Virus record (IMG/VR): IMGVR_UViG_3300009151_000071
Location: 782 to 64,781 of that record
Origin: a virus
Taxonomy: Duplodnaviria > Caudoviricetes
Reading direction: 5' to 3' (one strand)
Length of the DNA stretch: 64,000 nucleotides
Shown: piece by piece, positions 19,887 through 28,783 of the stretch
Layout: each line of letters opens with the position of its first letter
Position numbering within the stretch: position 1 is the first letter of the stretch
Position numbers and translations under genes: made by a program
The notes under the pieces: generated by a model
Told to the model about the DNA's origin: nothing
Databases searched by the model: none
The model's input: the letters and a program-made list of their open reading frames with translations, nothing else

Positions 19887-20791
19887 TATTGTAGTGGCTT
19901 AACTTTTGCGGCCTGTTCACGCCAAAACTTAATTTGCTGACCAAACCAAGCCGTTGTTTGAGGCCATGTAAAGTCTGCTGGTGTTGAAAACTCTCTAGCA
20001 TATCCAGCTTGTACATCTGGGGCTCGATTTGCTACACGTAGTAGTTCGTGTAATTCTCGAACTTTTTCTGCAGGCATTTCGGTACTAGCAACAACGGCAG
20101 TATTAGTACTTACGTTTTCAAATCCTTTGATGCCTTGACTTGCTAATGTAGGGAATCCTTTGACACTACGAGTTCCAGTTAGTCCTAGCACACTTGTGGT
20201 ATTTGATTCAACAGCACCTTCAATTTCGGCCAACCAGTTCCACCCGGTGTCAATGTGTTTTCCCTGTACATCTCTAACAGCATCTACTAGACTAACATAG
20301 TTAATAATACGAACACCAGAGTAGTGTTCTCCCAAGATACTGCCCATTAAGTTACTATGACTACCGTACCCACTGATTGATGTTGTTATGTCTTGATCCT
20401 TTTTCAATACTTTAATACTATTAAACTTAGAACTAAAGAACGCAACAGGTGCGCCAAGGGTTTGAACTAATACCGGCTGAAAACTTTCTGCCGCATAGCC
20501 AGTTTCTTTATCAAAGTTTGGTCTAATAAAGAAAGTACTAGTACCGCCTAACAATGTATTTTTAGGGTTATCTAAAATATACTTTGCGGCAACAGCGCCG
20601 CCGGCACCCGGTTTAGTTTCAAAAATAAATTCGTACTTGGTTTGATTTCGATTAAGATCTGCTACCATGGCACGATAAAAGTTTGCTTGGTTTGCGGCTG
20701 GACTAAAACCCCATACCAAAGTAATTTTTTCTGCGGCTATAGCCGACACTGAAACGGCCATAAGTGCGGCCAACACTATTTTTTTAAACAT
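19886..20791 (-). CDS. Bug/TctC-family substrate-binding protein
   Basis: Signal peptide (AIA-A); KPGAGGAVA; PTLASQGI. Confidence 0.8.
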   Translation of the reverse strand: MFKKIVLAALMAVSVSAIAAEKITLVWGFSPAANQANFYRAMVADLNRNQTKYEFIFETKPGAGGAVAAKYILDNPKNTLLGGTSTFFIRPNFDKETGYAAESFQPVLVQTLGAPVAFFSSKFNSIKVLKKDQDITTSISGYGSHSNLMGSILGEHYSGVRIINYVSLVDAVRDVQGKHIDTGWNWLAEIEGAVESNTTSVLGLTGTRSVKGFPTLASQGIKGFENVSTNTAVVASTEMPAEKVRELHELLRVANRAPDVQAGYAREFSTPADFTWPQTTAWFGQQIKFWREQAAKVKPLQ

Positions 20792-20800
20792 TTTATATTC

Positions 20801-21553
20801 CTATTTGAAGTTTCTTACATTGAACTTTGGATCAGTTCGATCTGTTCTAAGTCCAGTTACTTGTAAAGTTATGCGGCTATGTTCACTTGCATTGGCTGTA
20901 GCGTGTGGCACGTTAGGCCAATCATGCATATGAATTTCACCGGCTCGCCATTGTTGATATACTGTATTGCCGTATATCATAAACTGTCCTGGGTGCCAAT
21001 CTTCTAACATTACTGTGGCACGGACAATATCTAGTGGATCGTAACCGTAATCGCCTGCATCAGGATTACCGTTACCATCTTTGTAAAACAATCGTTGTAT
21101 TGGGTCAATATGTGCTGTAAACATCTGCCCTGTTTTTTGTACATGACAACGGGCATGGGTTACACTAAAATGAAAACTATCAATAACCTTTTGCAACTCA
21201 GGAAAGTCAGCAAAGTTATCAAATACATCGGTCATTTCAATACGATCTAAATCGCCGCCGCCTTTGGCAATATCACTACGACGCTTATCAATACCAAGTA
21301 CAACTTGTTTAGCACCACCTGTATAAGTGATGTTGTTCCATGTAGCAGAAAAACTGCGCTCACGTATAGTGGGCAAATATTCAGCCCATGTTACGGGAAT
21401 ACTACCTAATACCATAACCGTTGAGTTTGGATGATCTTGTCGAAAGTTGTCAAAATGGTATGAGCTTTTGGTCTTAGACCATTCCCATACGCTGTCGTAT
21501 TCTGATAAAGGTTTATTCATTGGATTGTACAAGTTAGCACTAGTATATAACAA
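20801..21553 (-). CDS. 2OG-Fe(II) oxygenase/cupin-fold protein (Asp/Asn beta-hydroxylase-like)
   Basis: HID ... PHATAN ... R-I-T-L-Q pattern (HxD...H...R). Confidence 0.65.
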   Translation of the reverse strand: MLYTSANLYNPMNKPLSEYDSVWEWSKTKSSYHFDNFRQDHPNSTVMVLGSIPVTWAEYLPTIRERSFSATWNNITYTGGAKQVVLGIDKRRSDIAKGGGDLDRIEMTDVFDNFADFPELQKVIDSFHFSVTHARCHVQKTGQMFTAHIDPIQRLFYKDGNGNPDAGDYGYDPLDIVRATVMLEDWHPGQFMIYGNTVYQQWRAGEIHMHDWPNVPHATANASEHSRITLQVTGLRTDRTDPKFNVRNFK

Positions 21554-21589
21554 CTAGTGCCAACTTGTCAAGAGGTTTGAACTACAATA

Positions 21590-22549
21590 TTACTTCTTAC
21601 TTTGAGTTAATTGATCTAATAGACCAGAACTAAAGTAAGTATTAAACTTAGTATATAAGCCTTGTGTTGCTGAAACAAACTTGGCTTTTTCTGCTGACAT
21701 CATACGCACAGTAGGAATACCCAAGTCAGCCGCACGTTTTTGGATTACTACGTTGTCTGCTAAACTATGATCACGTTCAATTTGAGCGGCTCTCATTGCG
21801 GCACGAGCAAAAATACCCTGTACCTTTTCGCCCAATGATAACCAAGTTGGTTGGTTAATGATCAAGCTGGTTAGGAACAAGCTATGTTCGTTGTCATTGA
21901 TGTGCGAAGTTTGTTTGTCGTGACCTAAAACAAAGAAACGTGTGTACGTTGTTTCACCGCCGTCGACTTGACCATTTTGTAGGCTAGCTTCTAAGTCTTC
22001 GATAAACATTGGAACTGGTGTAGAGCCAACTGCTTTAAATGTTTCAACTGCAACTGGGTTGTTACCGCAACCAATGTTCATGCTAGCAAAATCGCCGATT
22101 GTTTCAATTGCTTTATTACTTGGAACGATACGGAAACCACCTGAGTATGTAAATGCTAGTCCACGGATGTTGCTGTTATCTGCAACCTTGGCTAACATGT
22201 GTTGGCCAACATCACCGTCAATGACCCGACGTGCTTGTTCATCACTGTTGAACAAGAAAGGCATTGTTAGTGCGTACATGTCTTTGTCAATACGACCCAA
22301 TGTACTTGCGTAAACTGTAGCCATATCAATGATACCAGTGTCAACTAAACCAATGACACGTTCACGATCTGTGGTGTGCTCTGTCAAGTTATCCTTGGCA
22401 ATAGCATTCCATTCAGTTAAATCTAGAACATTAATTGTATATTGACCGTTTGTTTCGGTATTGATTTCATCTGCGAAGCTCTTAGCGGCTTCAATAAAAA
22501 CGTGGTATGGCTCGTGGGCTAATACCCAGTTTAAAATGTATTTCTGCAT
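21590..22549 (-). CDS. DctP-like TRAP substrate-binding-fold protein without signal peptide
   Basis: LTMPFLF, LAFTYSGGFR, LQNGQVDGGE; paralogue of 17725..18750; GGAG RBS and TAAATA upstream. Confidence 0.8.
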   Translation of the reverse strand: MQKYILNWVLAHEPYHVFIEAAKSFADEINTETNGQYTINVLDLTEWNAIAKDNLTEHTTDRERVIGLVDTGIIDMATVYASTLGRIDKDMYALTMPFLFNSDEQARRVIDGDVGQHMLAKVADNSNIRGLAFTYSGGFRIVPSNKAIETIGDFASMNIGCGNNPVAVETFKAVGSTPVPMFIEDLEASLQNGQVDGGETTYTRFFVLGHDKQTSHINDNEHSLFLTSLIINQPTWLSLGEKVQGIFARAAMRAAQIERDHSLADNVVIQKRAADLGIPTVRMMSAEKAKFVSATQGLYTKFNTYFSSGLLDQLTQSKK

Positions 22550-22588
22550 GGTTTCTCCTGATTGTATACAAGCTGATATAGTTATTTA

Positions 22589-23176
22589 TCAGGGCTTAGT
22601 CAGAATAGTGTAAACTTCTTCCCAGTTCTTAACAGTTTGAACGTCTTTATGAAAGTGATGCATATTATGACCATGTTCCATTAACAGGGCATTTAATCCT
22701 AGCTTTGCACCAAGTTCGGCATTTTCTACTTTATCCTCAATCCAATAACAACCTGTATCCCGGTAGGGAAACAATGCCGCATCTTTAGGAGCACCAGTAT
22801 CTAAGCAAACAATCTTTTGAAATGCAGTTTCGCCAAACAACTTATGTAAATTCATTTCACGTAATCGCATTGCGTTAGGATCTGTACTAACACTGGTAAT
22901 ACAATGGAATACGTACCCATGTTCCTTGTGTAACTTGCTTACATAATGCATGGCATCACGTAGCGGAGGAAGGAATCCAATTGCGGCACTTTCGTTAAAC
23001 AGTTTAATAAGACGTGTTACTTGTTCTCGTGATATGCCGTATCTAATAGACATATCATAGTTTAATCCACCACCTGGGATTAGTTCAAATCCGTGCTGTT
23101 CCATCCATACTTCAAACGCATATTCCCAGTTAAGTAATACTCCATCTGCATCAACTAAGATGACTGATTCTTTCAT
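22589..23176 (-). CDS. HAD-family 5'(3')-deoxyribonucleotidase-like hydrolase
   Basis: ILVDADGVL (DxDG); ITS; WIEDKVEN. Confidence 0.75.
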   Translation of the reverse strand: MKESVILVDADGVLLNWEYAFEVWMEQHGFELIPGGGLNYDMSIRYGISREQVTRLIKLFNESAAIGFLPPLRDAMHYVSKLHKEHGYVFHCITSVSTDPNAMRLREMNLHKLFGETAFQKIVCLDTGAPKDAALFPYRDTGCYWIEDKVENAELGAKLGLNALLMEHGHNMHHFHKDVQTVKNWEEVYTILTKP

Positions 23177-23628
23177 TTATTTTCCCTTGTTAGTTCACAC
23201 ACTAACATAAAATGATCGTATGCCATACGCACACTTTCATGTTTTAATAATTTATCTGCTTCTGCTTGCATAGCTTTAACACCCGCTTCTGCACAATCAC
23301 GTATACTAAGCCCACGCAATGTACACAGTTCACTACCAAATGCTTTGGCCAACGCTTCCCAGGCCTTTTTTTGCTCGGGTGTTATTGGTGTACTTGGCGG
23401 ACGTAACTCTGCGGCTGTTTGAATAGACTTACAGATAGCATCCTCTGCTACACGGCTTGCGGCAATCATCGGTGCATACGCAGGATCAACATTGTACCTA
23501 CGACTAGCACCACCCGGATATACACTTAACAAGTGGTCGCCTTTGGGTAGTGCATCCATCAAGTCATTATCATATTCTGATACAGGTACATACCTACGAC
23601 CAACTTTTTTGTAAAACAACTGCTTCAT
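23173..23628 (-). CDS. Hypothetical protein
   Basis: 151-aa coupled ORF. Confidence 0.65.
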   Translation of the reverse strand: MKQLFYKKVGRRYVPVSEYDNDLMDALPKGDHLLSVYPGGASRRYNVDPAYAPMIAASRVAEDAICKSIQTAAELRPPSTPITPEQKKAWEALAKAFGSELCTLRGLSIRDCAEAGVKAMQAEADKLLKHESVRMAYDHFMLVCELTRENK

Positions 23629-24299
23629 ATGACCTTAACATAATTCAATGTGGTGACACGAGCATTACCGCGGAACTTGTCTTCGTTGTGGGCCTTGATA
23701 CGACCACTGATTTTCCCCACTTCACAAATCTTGTCTGCTACCTTGGCCCAATAAAAAATTAAATTGTCATTGCTGTCGTACCCGTAAACTGCCCAACAGT
23801 CCATGCTCTTGATATAACGCTTTTCTATCATGGTAAAGTCGGTGACAATCTTATCGCCAACTTTGCCAATGTAACGGCTACTGTGCTCGTAACGAGCACT
23901 TACTTCCCGAACATGATCTTTTTTCTGATACTGGTCAGCTACGTGAGGTGCCCATGCAATAATACCAATGTCTTTGTTTGTTACTTCTAGATTGGTTACC
24001 AATTCGGTCATTTGACTTAAAAAGCTATCAACTTTATTTTGAAGGCTTTGCATAATCACCGTTTGTTGCAGGTACTGTATAATACCTTCGGCTTGTTTAA
24101 CATGGATTTCATTGACTAAGAATGGACCTTTTTGACCGGCAAGGCAATCGGTGATAAGTTGACGGTTGGAAAGAATTTTTACACCATTTTCGTCGGTGAA
24201 CGAATCACGCACGATTCTAGAGCCGCTGTATTCGTACACGGCAATAGCAGTAGCTACGACATTAATTGTTGGGTACTTGATTTTTTTCAATGTGTTCAC
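23625..24299 (-). CDS. Hypothetical protein with possible C-terminal OB-fold
   Basis: 224 aa; SRYIGKVGDK...TTLNYVK; early promoter upstream. Confidence 0.6.
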   Translation of the reverse strand: MNTLKKIKYPTINVVATAIAVYEYSGSRIVRDSFTDENGVKILSNRQLITDCLAGQKGPFLVNEIHVKQAEGIIQYLQQTVIMQSLQNKVDSFLSQMTELVTNLEVTNKDIGIIAWAPHVADQYQKKDHVREVSARYEHSSRYIGKVGDKIVTDFTMIEKRYIKSMDCWAVYGYDSNDNLIFYWAKVADKICEVGKISGRIKAHNEDKFRGNARVTTLNYVKVI

Positions 24300-24321
24300 C
24301 TGTTTTCCGAGTTCATGCTAT

Positions 24322-24350
24322 ATTATAGCATAAATGGATTTAATGGTCAA
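24322..24350 (-). promoter_or_regulatory. Early sigma70 promoter (repeat family)
   Basis: TTGACC-17-TATAAT with AAATCCATT spacer. Confidence 0.7.
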
Positions 24351-24589
24351 CTCTTGAGTTTATGGGTTACAAATGCGTGTAATTGGTTAAGATAAGCGGT
24401 TTGGTTGATCATTTTAGACTCTAATTCGTCAACTCTACGCTTCAATTGATAGTTTTCTTGTTGAACTTGCTCTAGTGTACCTGTAGCATCTTTAAGACGT
24501 TTTTCATGGTTGAGTAGATTGGGACGTGGTGGTGCATTGGGATCCACAGCCCGTTTTTTCTTGGTGCGATACATATCAAACATGCTCAT
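24347..24589 (-). CDS. Small coiled-coil protein
   Basis: 80-aa coupled ORF. Confidence 0.6.
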   Translation of the reverse strand: MSMFDMYRTKKKRAVDPNAPPRPNLLNHEKRLKDATGTLEQVQQENYQLKRRVDELESKMINQTAYLNQLHAFVTHKLKS

Positions 24590-24909
24590 AATAGATATTT
24601 ATCGTTTGGTACAGACGGGAATTTTATAGCAACAACATCAGTGGGTTCAAGGTAACTGCTACGATAATGGTCGCCGGGTTCAAGGTAACAAATATCACCG
24701 ACCCCAAACTCCACATCGTTAACAATCATGCGCCCACGAACTACCAATTGTATTTCTGTTACAACTCGATGATAGTGTGGGGCAAGATCGTACTCTTGGC
24801 TGTTGGGTTGCCAGCATACTTCAAAATCTCGTGTACGGTGTACAGCTTCCGGGAAGTCGCCTACAAACCAACCTCGGGCACCACTATCACTCAGCTTTAG
24901 TTTCTTCAA
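24586..24909 (-). CDS. Cupin-domain protein
   Basis: RGWFVGDF; HYH...TE...G-x-M; GDI-x-x-LEPG. Confidence 0.7.
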   Translation of the reverse strand: MKKLKLSDSGARGWFVGDFPEAVHRTRDFEVCWQPNSQEYDLAPHYHRVVTEIQLVVRGRMIVNDVEFGVGDICYLEPGDHYRSSYLEPTDVVAIKFPSVPNDKYLL

Positions 24910-25264
24910 CTTTGGCTTCCTCTACAGCGGGTTCTTCCTTGGGAATAAATTGTTCAAGATAGGTCATATCTAATTGTGCCATTACATTAATTATGTATTT
25001 GGGATATGCTTCTAGGAAATACTTAAACATATCATCAAATGTTTTTTGTGTACCAAACTTGTTGTATACAACGGTCTTGGTATTGAGGTTTAGAATAACA
25101 CCTGCATACTGACGATCCTTGCCGGACAAGCCTTTGGTGAATTCAATACGTTCATCATATTGATAATTGTCAGGATTCTTATTCCACCCAGCTTTTTGTG
25201 TTTGAACTCCGTGTCGTGGTTTCATTACATAAAATGCAAGTAGGTGTATGTCTTTGATTTTCAT
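24887..25264 (-). CDS. Hypothetical protein
   Basis: 125-aa ORF following the clamp loader gene. Confidence 0.6.
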   Translation of the reverse strand: MKIKDIHLLAFYVMKPRHGVQTQKAGWNKNPDNYQYDERIEFTKGLSGKDRQYAGVILNLNTKTVVYNKFGTQKTFDDMFKYFLEAYPKYIINVMAQLDMTYLEQFIPKEEPAVEEAKVEETKAE

Positions 25265-26187
25265 TAGTGTCCTATTTGTGTTAGATCTATCAAGGTTGCT
25301 GAGATATTAATTTCTTGGTCGGCTACTAATGGTATGTTGATATAGCCTTTACGAATTGCCTGGATTGCTTCGTCTTGCCCTTCTGGGGTATTGGACCAAA
25401 GATCCAAATTGTCATAAAACCAACGGAACATATCTTCCATATCTTCCACAGTGGCTTGTTGGCATATAACAGCTCGGCCTTCGCGGATCTTACCAGTTTT
25501 AAACAATGCCACAGCTTCAAGTTTCCAATCCTTAACACCCTTGTCATTTTCACCGGGTGTGTTAAGTTTATTGTCAATGCTGTTTGCTTGTAATAGATTT
25601 AAACATTTACGTAAATCGGGATAGGTTGCTTTGACATAACTGTCTAGAGTATCTAGATCAAACTCTACGTTTTCTGTAACCAGTATAGTCGCCGCACGAG
25701 CAGTAAATTCTGTTACATCACTTTTATCAATGTGGAAGGTCTTACACCGACTATGCATAGCTGGCATAATTTTACGTGGAATGTTGCAAGTTAAAATAAA
25801 ACGTGCAGATTCTGAATATGTTTCCATCAAGCCACGCATGATTGCCTGTGCGTTGTGCGACAAGTAATCTGCTTCATCCATTAGCACTACTTTAAACGGA
25901 CCAAACGGCATGGTACTTACAAAGCCCTCAACACGTTGTTTAATAAAGTCTACACCATTGTCTCGACTTGCGTTAATGTGTAACACATCATATTCTTGCA
26001 CATTTAATTCATTGATGAGAACTTTAGCAAGTGTAGTTTTACCAGTGCCCGGACTACCGCTTAGTAATATGTGCGGAATACTACCGGCTTTGACCCATGA
26101 CTCGACTTGATCTCTTTGACTTTGATCAGTGAATACATAATCGCCGATTACTTTAGGGCGATACTTTTCAGTCCATAATTCTATCAT
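25264..26187 (-). CDS. Sliding-clamp loader subunit (RFC small subunit/T4 gp44-like)
   Basis: WTEKYRP, GSPGTGKT, INAS, DEAD, FILTCN, SRC, PDLRK. Confidence 0.92.
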   Translation of the reverse strand: MIELWTEKYRPKVIGDYVFTDQSQRDQVESWVKAGSIPHILLSGSPGTGKTTLAKVLINELNVQEYDVLHINASRDNGVDFIKQRVEGFVSTMPFGPFKVVLMDEADYLSHNAQAIMRGLMETYSESARFILTCNIPRKIMPAMHSRCKTFHIDKSDVTEFTARAATILVTENVEFDLDTLDSYVKATYPDLRKCLNLLQANSIDNKLNTPGENDKGVKDWKLEAVALFKTGKIREGRAVICQQATVEDMEDMFRWFYDNLDLWSNTPEGQDEAIQAIRKGYINIPLVADQEINISATLIDLTQIGH

Positions 26188-26375
26188 TCTTTTACCTGTT
26201 TAATAATATTAGTTGTTATTATATTAGCTTTGTCGTCATCAAGCGAGTACAAATGTAACCGATCTGCCACATTACGGATATCATCGTGGAGATTGCCCTC
26301 GCCAATTTCCTGTTTAATTAAACGAGCAATTTCATGTAAAGCAATCACTGCGTCAATTAATTTAAGATTTCTCAT
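26184..26375 (-). CDS. Hypothetical protein
   Basis: 63-aa coupled ORF. Confidence 0.55.
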   Translation of the reverse strand: MRNLKLIDAVIALHEIARLIKQEIGEGNLHDDIRNVADRLHLYSLDDDKANIITTNIIKQVKE

Positions 26376-26590
26376 TTGGACCTTTTGAAGATTTTGATTA
26401 GATTGTAAAGACGAGATTTGTAACCATCTGCTAAAATATTATCTAATAGACTTGGTACATGCGGACACCGACCCTGGTTCCAGTCGCAATGCGATACTTC
26501 TGAAATTGTTTTTAAGCAAAGACTACATTTTGGTGATTTGGTAATTCTTGCTACCGTTTGAGTAGCTGTATCAGTCGGTCTTGTTCCCAT
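26372..26590 (-). CDS. Small Cys-containing protein
   Basis: CSLC...CDWNQGRCPH; start revised to MGTRP. Confidence 0.45.
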   Translation of the reverse strand: MGTRPTDTATQTVARITKSPKCSLCLKTISEVSHCDWNQGRCPHVPSLLDNILADGYKSRLYNLIKIFKRSK

Positions 26591-26772
26591 TGCTCTTCTC
26601 CGTGAAATGTTGGTAACTGTAAATATACATCGTCTAGCCAACATTTTAGCATATAAAGATCTCTTTTGCAATAGGAAGCGGTAAAACCGTCGTTGTGTGG
26701 GCTGGCTATTTCTACCAAACTACGTTGAATAATCAATTGAGCCTGGTCTAAATCTGGTTTGGCAAATCCCAT
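26551..26772 (-). CDS. Hypothetical protein
   Basis: 73-aa ORF directly downstream of the GroES-like gene. Confidence 0.55.
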   Translation of the reverse strand: MGFAKPDLDQAQLIIQRSLVEIASPHNDGFTASYCKRDLYMLKCWLDDVYLQLPTFHGEEQWEQDRLIQLLKR

Positions 26773-26775
26773 TGT

Positions 26776-27147
26776 TTACCAACGATCTTTGGCATCAATC
26801 TGTGTGGCACCACTTAAACTATCATCACTTGGCTCGTGGTCTGATACTAGTAGGATATCATCTGGATCGATTCGACGAATAACTACTTCGCCGTTTGTAT
26901 CTTCAATTTTGACGCCACGAGTCCAACGCCCGTGTGCTACCAGGACCCATTGGCCAACAGTGATATCTTGTTGTTTTGGGCCAGTTGCATATACTTGTGC
27001 CCAACGCGGACGTATGCCGGCACCTCTACCGTCATCGTTTAACAGATATATACCACTGCTTAATTTTCGTTCTTTGAAATTCATATCTGCCACTAACACA
27101 TGATTGTTTAGTGTGCGTAGACTATCTACTCGGATTGGTTTAAACAT
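26776..27147 (-). CDS. GroES-like co-chaperonin
   Basis: LNNHVLV, SSGIYL, VYATGP, VGQWVLV, DDIL pattern; no GroEL in window. Confidence 0.8.
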   Translation of the reverse strand: MFKPIRVDSLRTLNNHVLVADMNFKERKLSSGIYLLNDDGRGAGIRPRWAQVYATGPKQQDITVGQWVLVAHGRWTRGVKIEDTNGEVVIRRIDPDDILLVSDHEPSDDSLSGATQIDAKDRW

Positions 27148-27149
27148 AA

Positions 27150-27587
27150 TTAAATCCTGCTAGGCCCTTTTTGTTTTCGTGGATCACTGAGCGGTTCTTG
27201 CGTAACTGCTACTGGTTTAGCAACACTACCGGCTAAACTACCACGTGCTGGTGGAACAACCGGTGTTTCTGACATAACAGATTCTGGGTTGCCTGTAACA
27301 GATAAATTATTGGCTAAATCGTGCAATTCTTTTGCTTTGTTTGCTTCTTGCATCGATTGTTGTTCTGCACGGATTGAAGGATTATTTGGACTGTACATTC
27401 CTTGCGGGACTGCATATACCTGATCCATAAGTTCGTTACGGCCTTGGGCAATTTCGCCGCCTGCACCAATAAGGTCACCACGTGCATTTACTCGCATGTT
27501 ACCAACTGCGGTGGCGGTTTCATTGGACAGTTTTACCTTGTCCATATCAATCGATTTACCACGTGCTGTTTTATATATTCTTGCCAT
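27150..27587 (-). CDS. Hypothetical protein (late)
   Basis: 145 aa; AGGAG RBS and TATAAATA upstream. Confidence 0.65.
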   Translation of the reverse strand: MARIYKTARGKSIDMDKVKLSNETATAVGNMRVNARGDLIGAGGEIAQGRNELMDQVYAVPQGMYSPNNPSIRAEQQSMQEANKAKELHDLANNLSVTGNPESVMSETPVVPPARGSLAGSVAKPVAVTQEPLSDPRKQKGPSRI

Positions 27588-27625
27588 TATAATTCTCCTT
27601 GTATGCTATTTATAAACTGGGTAGT

Positions 27626-28150
27626 TTACTTTAAAAATTCTTCAATCGGAAGATCATAGTATAAACTATTGATCTTGTGTACCCCTATTAGATATAGGAT
27701 ATAACTTGCTGTACTTGATCCACGTCCTAAACCCCATGTCACATTGTTATTACGCATGGTGTCTACAAAATACTTTAGGTATCGTAGTAGATTAAACAAC
27801 TCACGTTCTTGATACAGTAATAATTCTTGGCCCACTCGTTGCAATTCTGATTCTGTGGTACATAATCCAAGTACATGTTTGGCAATATCTAAAGTTTTAT
27901 ACTCTTCTGGCATGTGCCAGTTTTCCTGTTGGATATGGTCAAATAATTCTAACGGAACTTCTTCTTTATAATCAAGTGGGAGATATTTTTGTAGTGTACC
28001 AAATTTGCTGTAGGTTTTTGCAACAGCATCATTAAATGCAGTTGGGTCGTCGACCTTGAATCGACTTATTTCTAATTTGGGATTTTGGTAAAGCATATCG
28101 CAGAGTTCGTCCTCTGTAGTATACGCTTGGCCATACACATCATATTTCAT
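27626..28150 (-). CDS. Stand-alone fragment of DNA polymerase III alpha subunit (DnaE-like)
   Basis: RV-x-x-EL...WGLGRGSSTASYILYLIGVHKIN...LPIEEFLK matches the DnaE GRGS region; only 174 aa. Confidence 0.75.
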   Translation of the reverse strand: MKYDVYGQAYTTEDELCDMLYQNPKLEISRFKVDDPTAFNDAVAKTYSKFGTLQKYLPLDYKEEVPLELFDHIQQENWHMPEEYKTLDIAKHVLGLCTTESELQRVGQELLLYQERELFNLLRYLKYFVDTMRNNNVTWGLGRGSSTASYILYLIGVHKINSLYYDLPIEEFLK

Positions 28151-28416
28151 TGAATGTCAATAATATTTTTAAAGTTTTTACTATTCTTTTCCATGTCCGC
28201 TAACGACTTTTGATTGCGAACTTGTATTTCGTTTTGGTAATCTTCCATTAACAATTGGAGTTGAAATACCATATCGGCATTGCCCATGCGATATGCGGCA
28301 GTGGTACGTTTTAATAACTCTCCATATTTGTTATTAAGTTCGTCTACTGTGAACTTAGATAAGTCTGGTGTGAGCGGATGTCCCATTAGTTTGGTACCAA
28401 TACGGTTCGATAGCAA
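28147..28416 (-). CDS. Hypothetical protein
   Basis: Coupled ORF; probable start MGHPL. Confidence 0.55.
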   Translation of the reverse strand: MLSNRIGTKLMGHPLTPDLSKFTVDELNNKYGELLKRTTAAYRMGNADMVFQLQLLMEDYQNEIQVRNQKSLADMEKNSKNFKNIIDIQ

Positions 28417-28706
28417 TTACAGTTGGCATCCAATACCGCTTCCCAATGCATACCTGCTGGAGTGGGAAATACTGGCGCAATTGGTGGATACATCATTGGG
28501 ACGCCATCGGCTCGTGGTTGCTGAATAATGACTGTCTGCGGAGCTTTGGTTGCTTCGTATACAATAATGCCGCCTACCACAGCAGGGACAGCCCAACCAT
28601 ATCCCGGGTGCCAGTAGTATGAGCCTCCGCCGTGACGCCAACGATCGGCGTGTGCTGTTGTAGTTAATAATAATGCCAATACAAATAGGATCTTTTTCAT
28701 ACTCAT
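28386..28706 (-). CDS. Secreted/membrane Pro-rich protein
   Basis: Signal peptide (AHA-D), hydrophobic segment, CNC near C-terminus. Confidence 0.65.
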   Translation of the reverse strand: MSMKKILFVLALLLTTTAHADRWRHGGGSYYWHPGYGWAVPAVVGGIIVYEATKAPQTVIIQQPRADGVPMMYPPIAPVFPTPAGMHWEAVLDANCNCYRTVLVPN

Positions 28707-28783
28707 CTCCGCTAAATGGAAACTCCTTGCTTAATTATATACTAATCAAGTCAAGGAGTCAAGTACTTTCCGACGTTTTTGGT

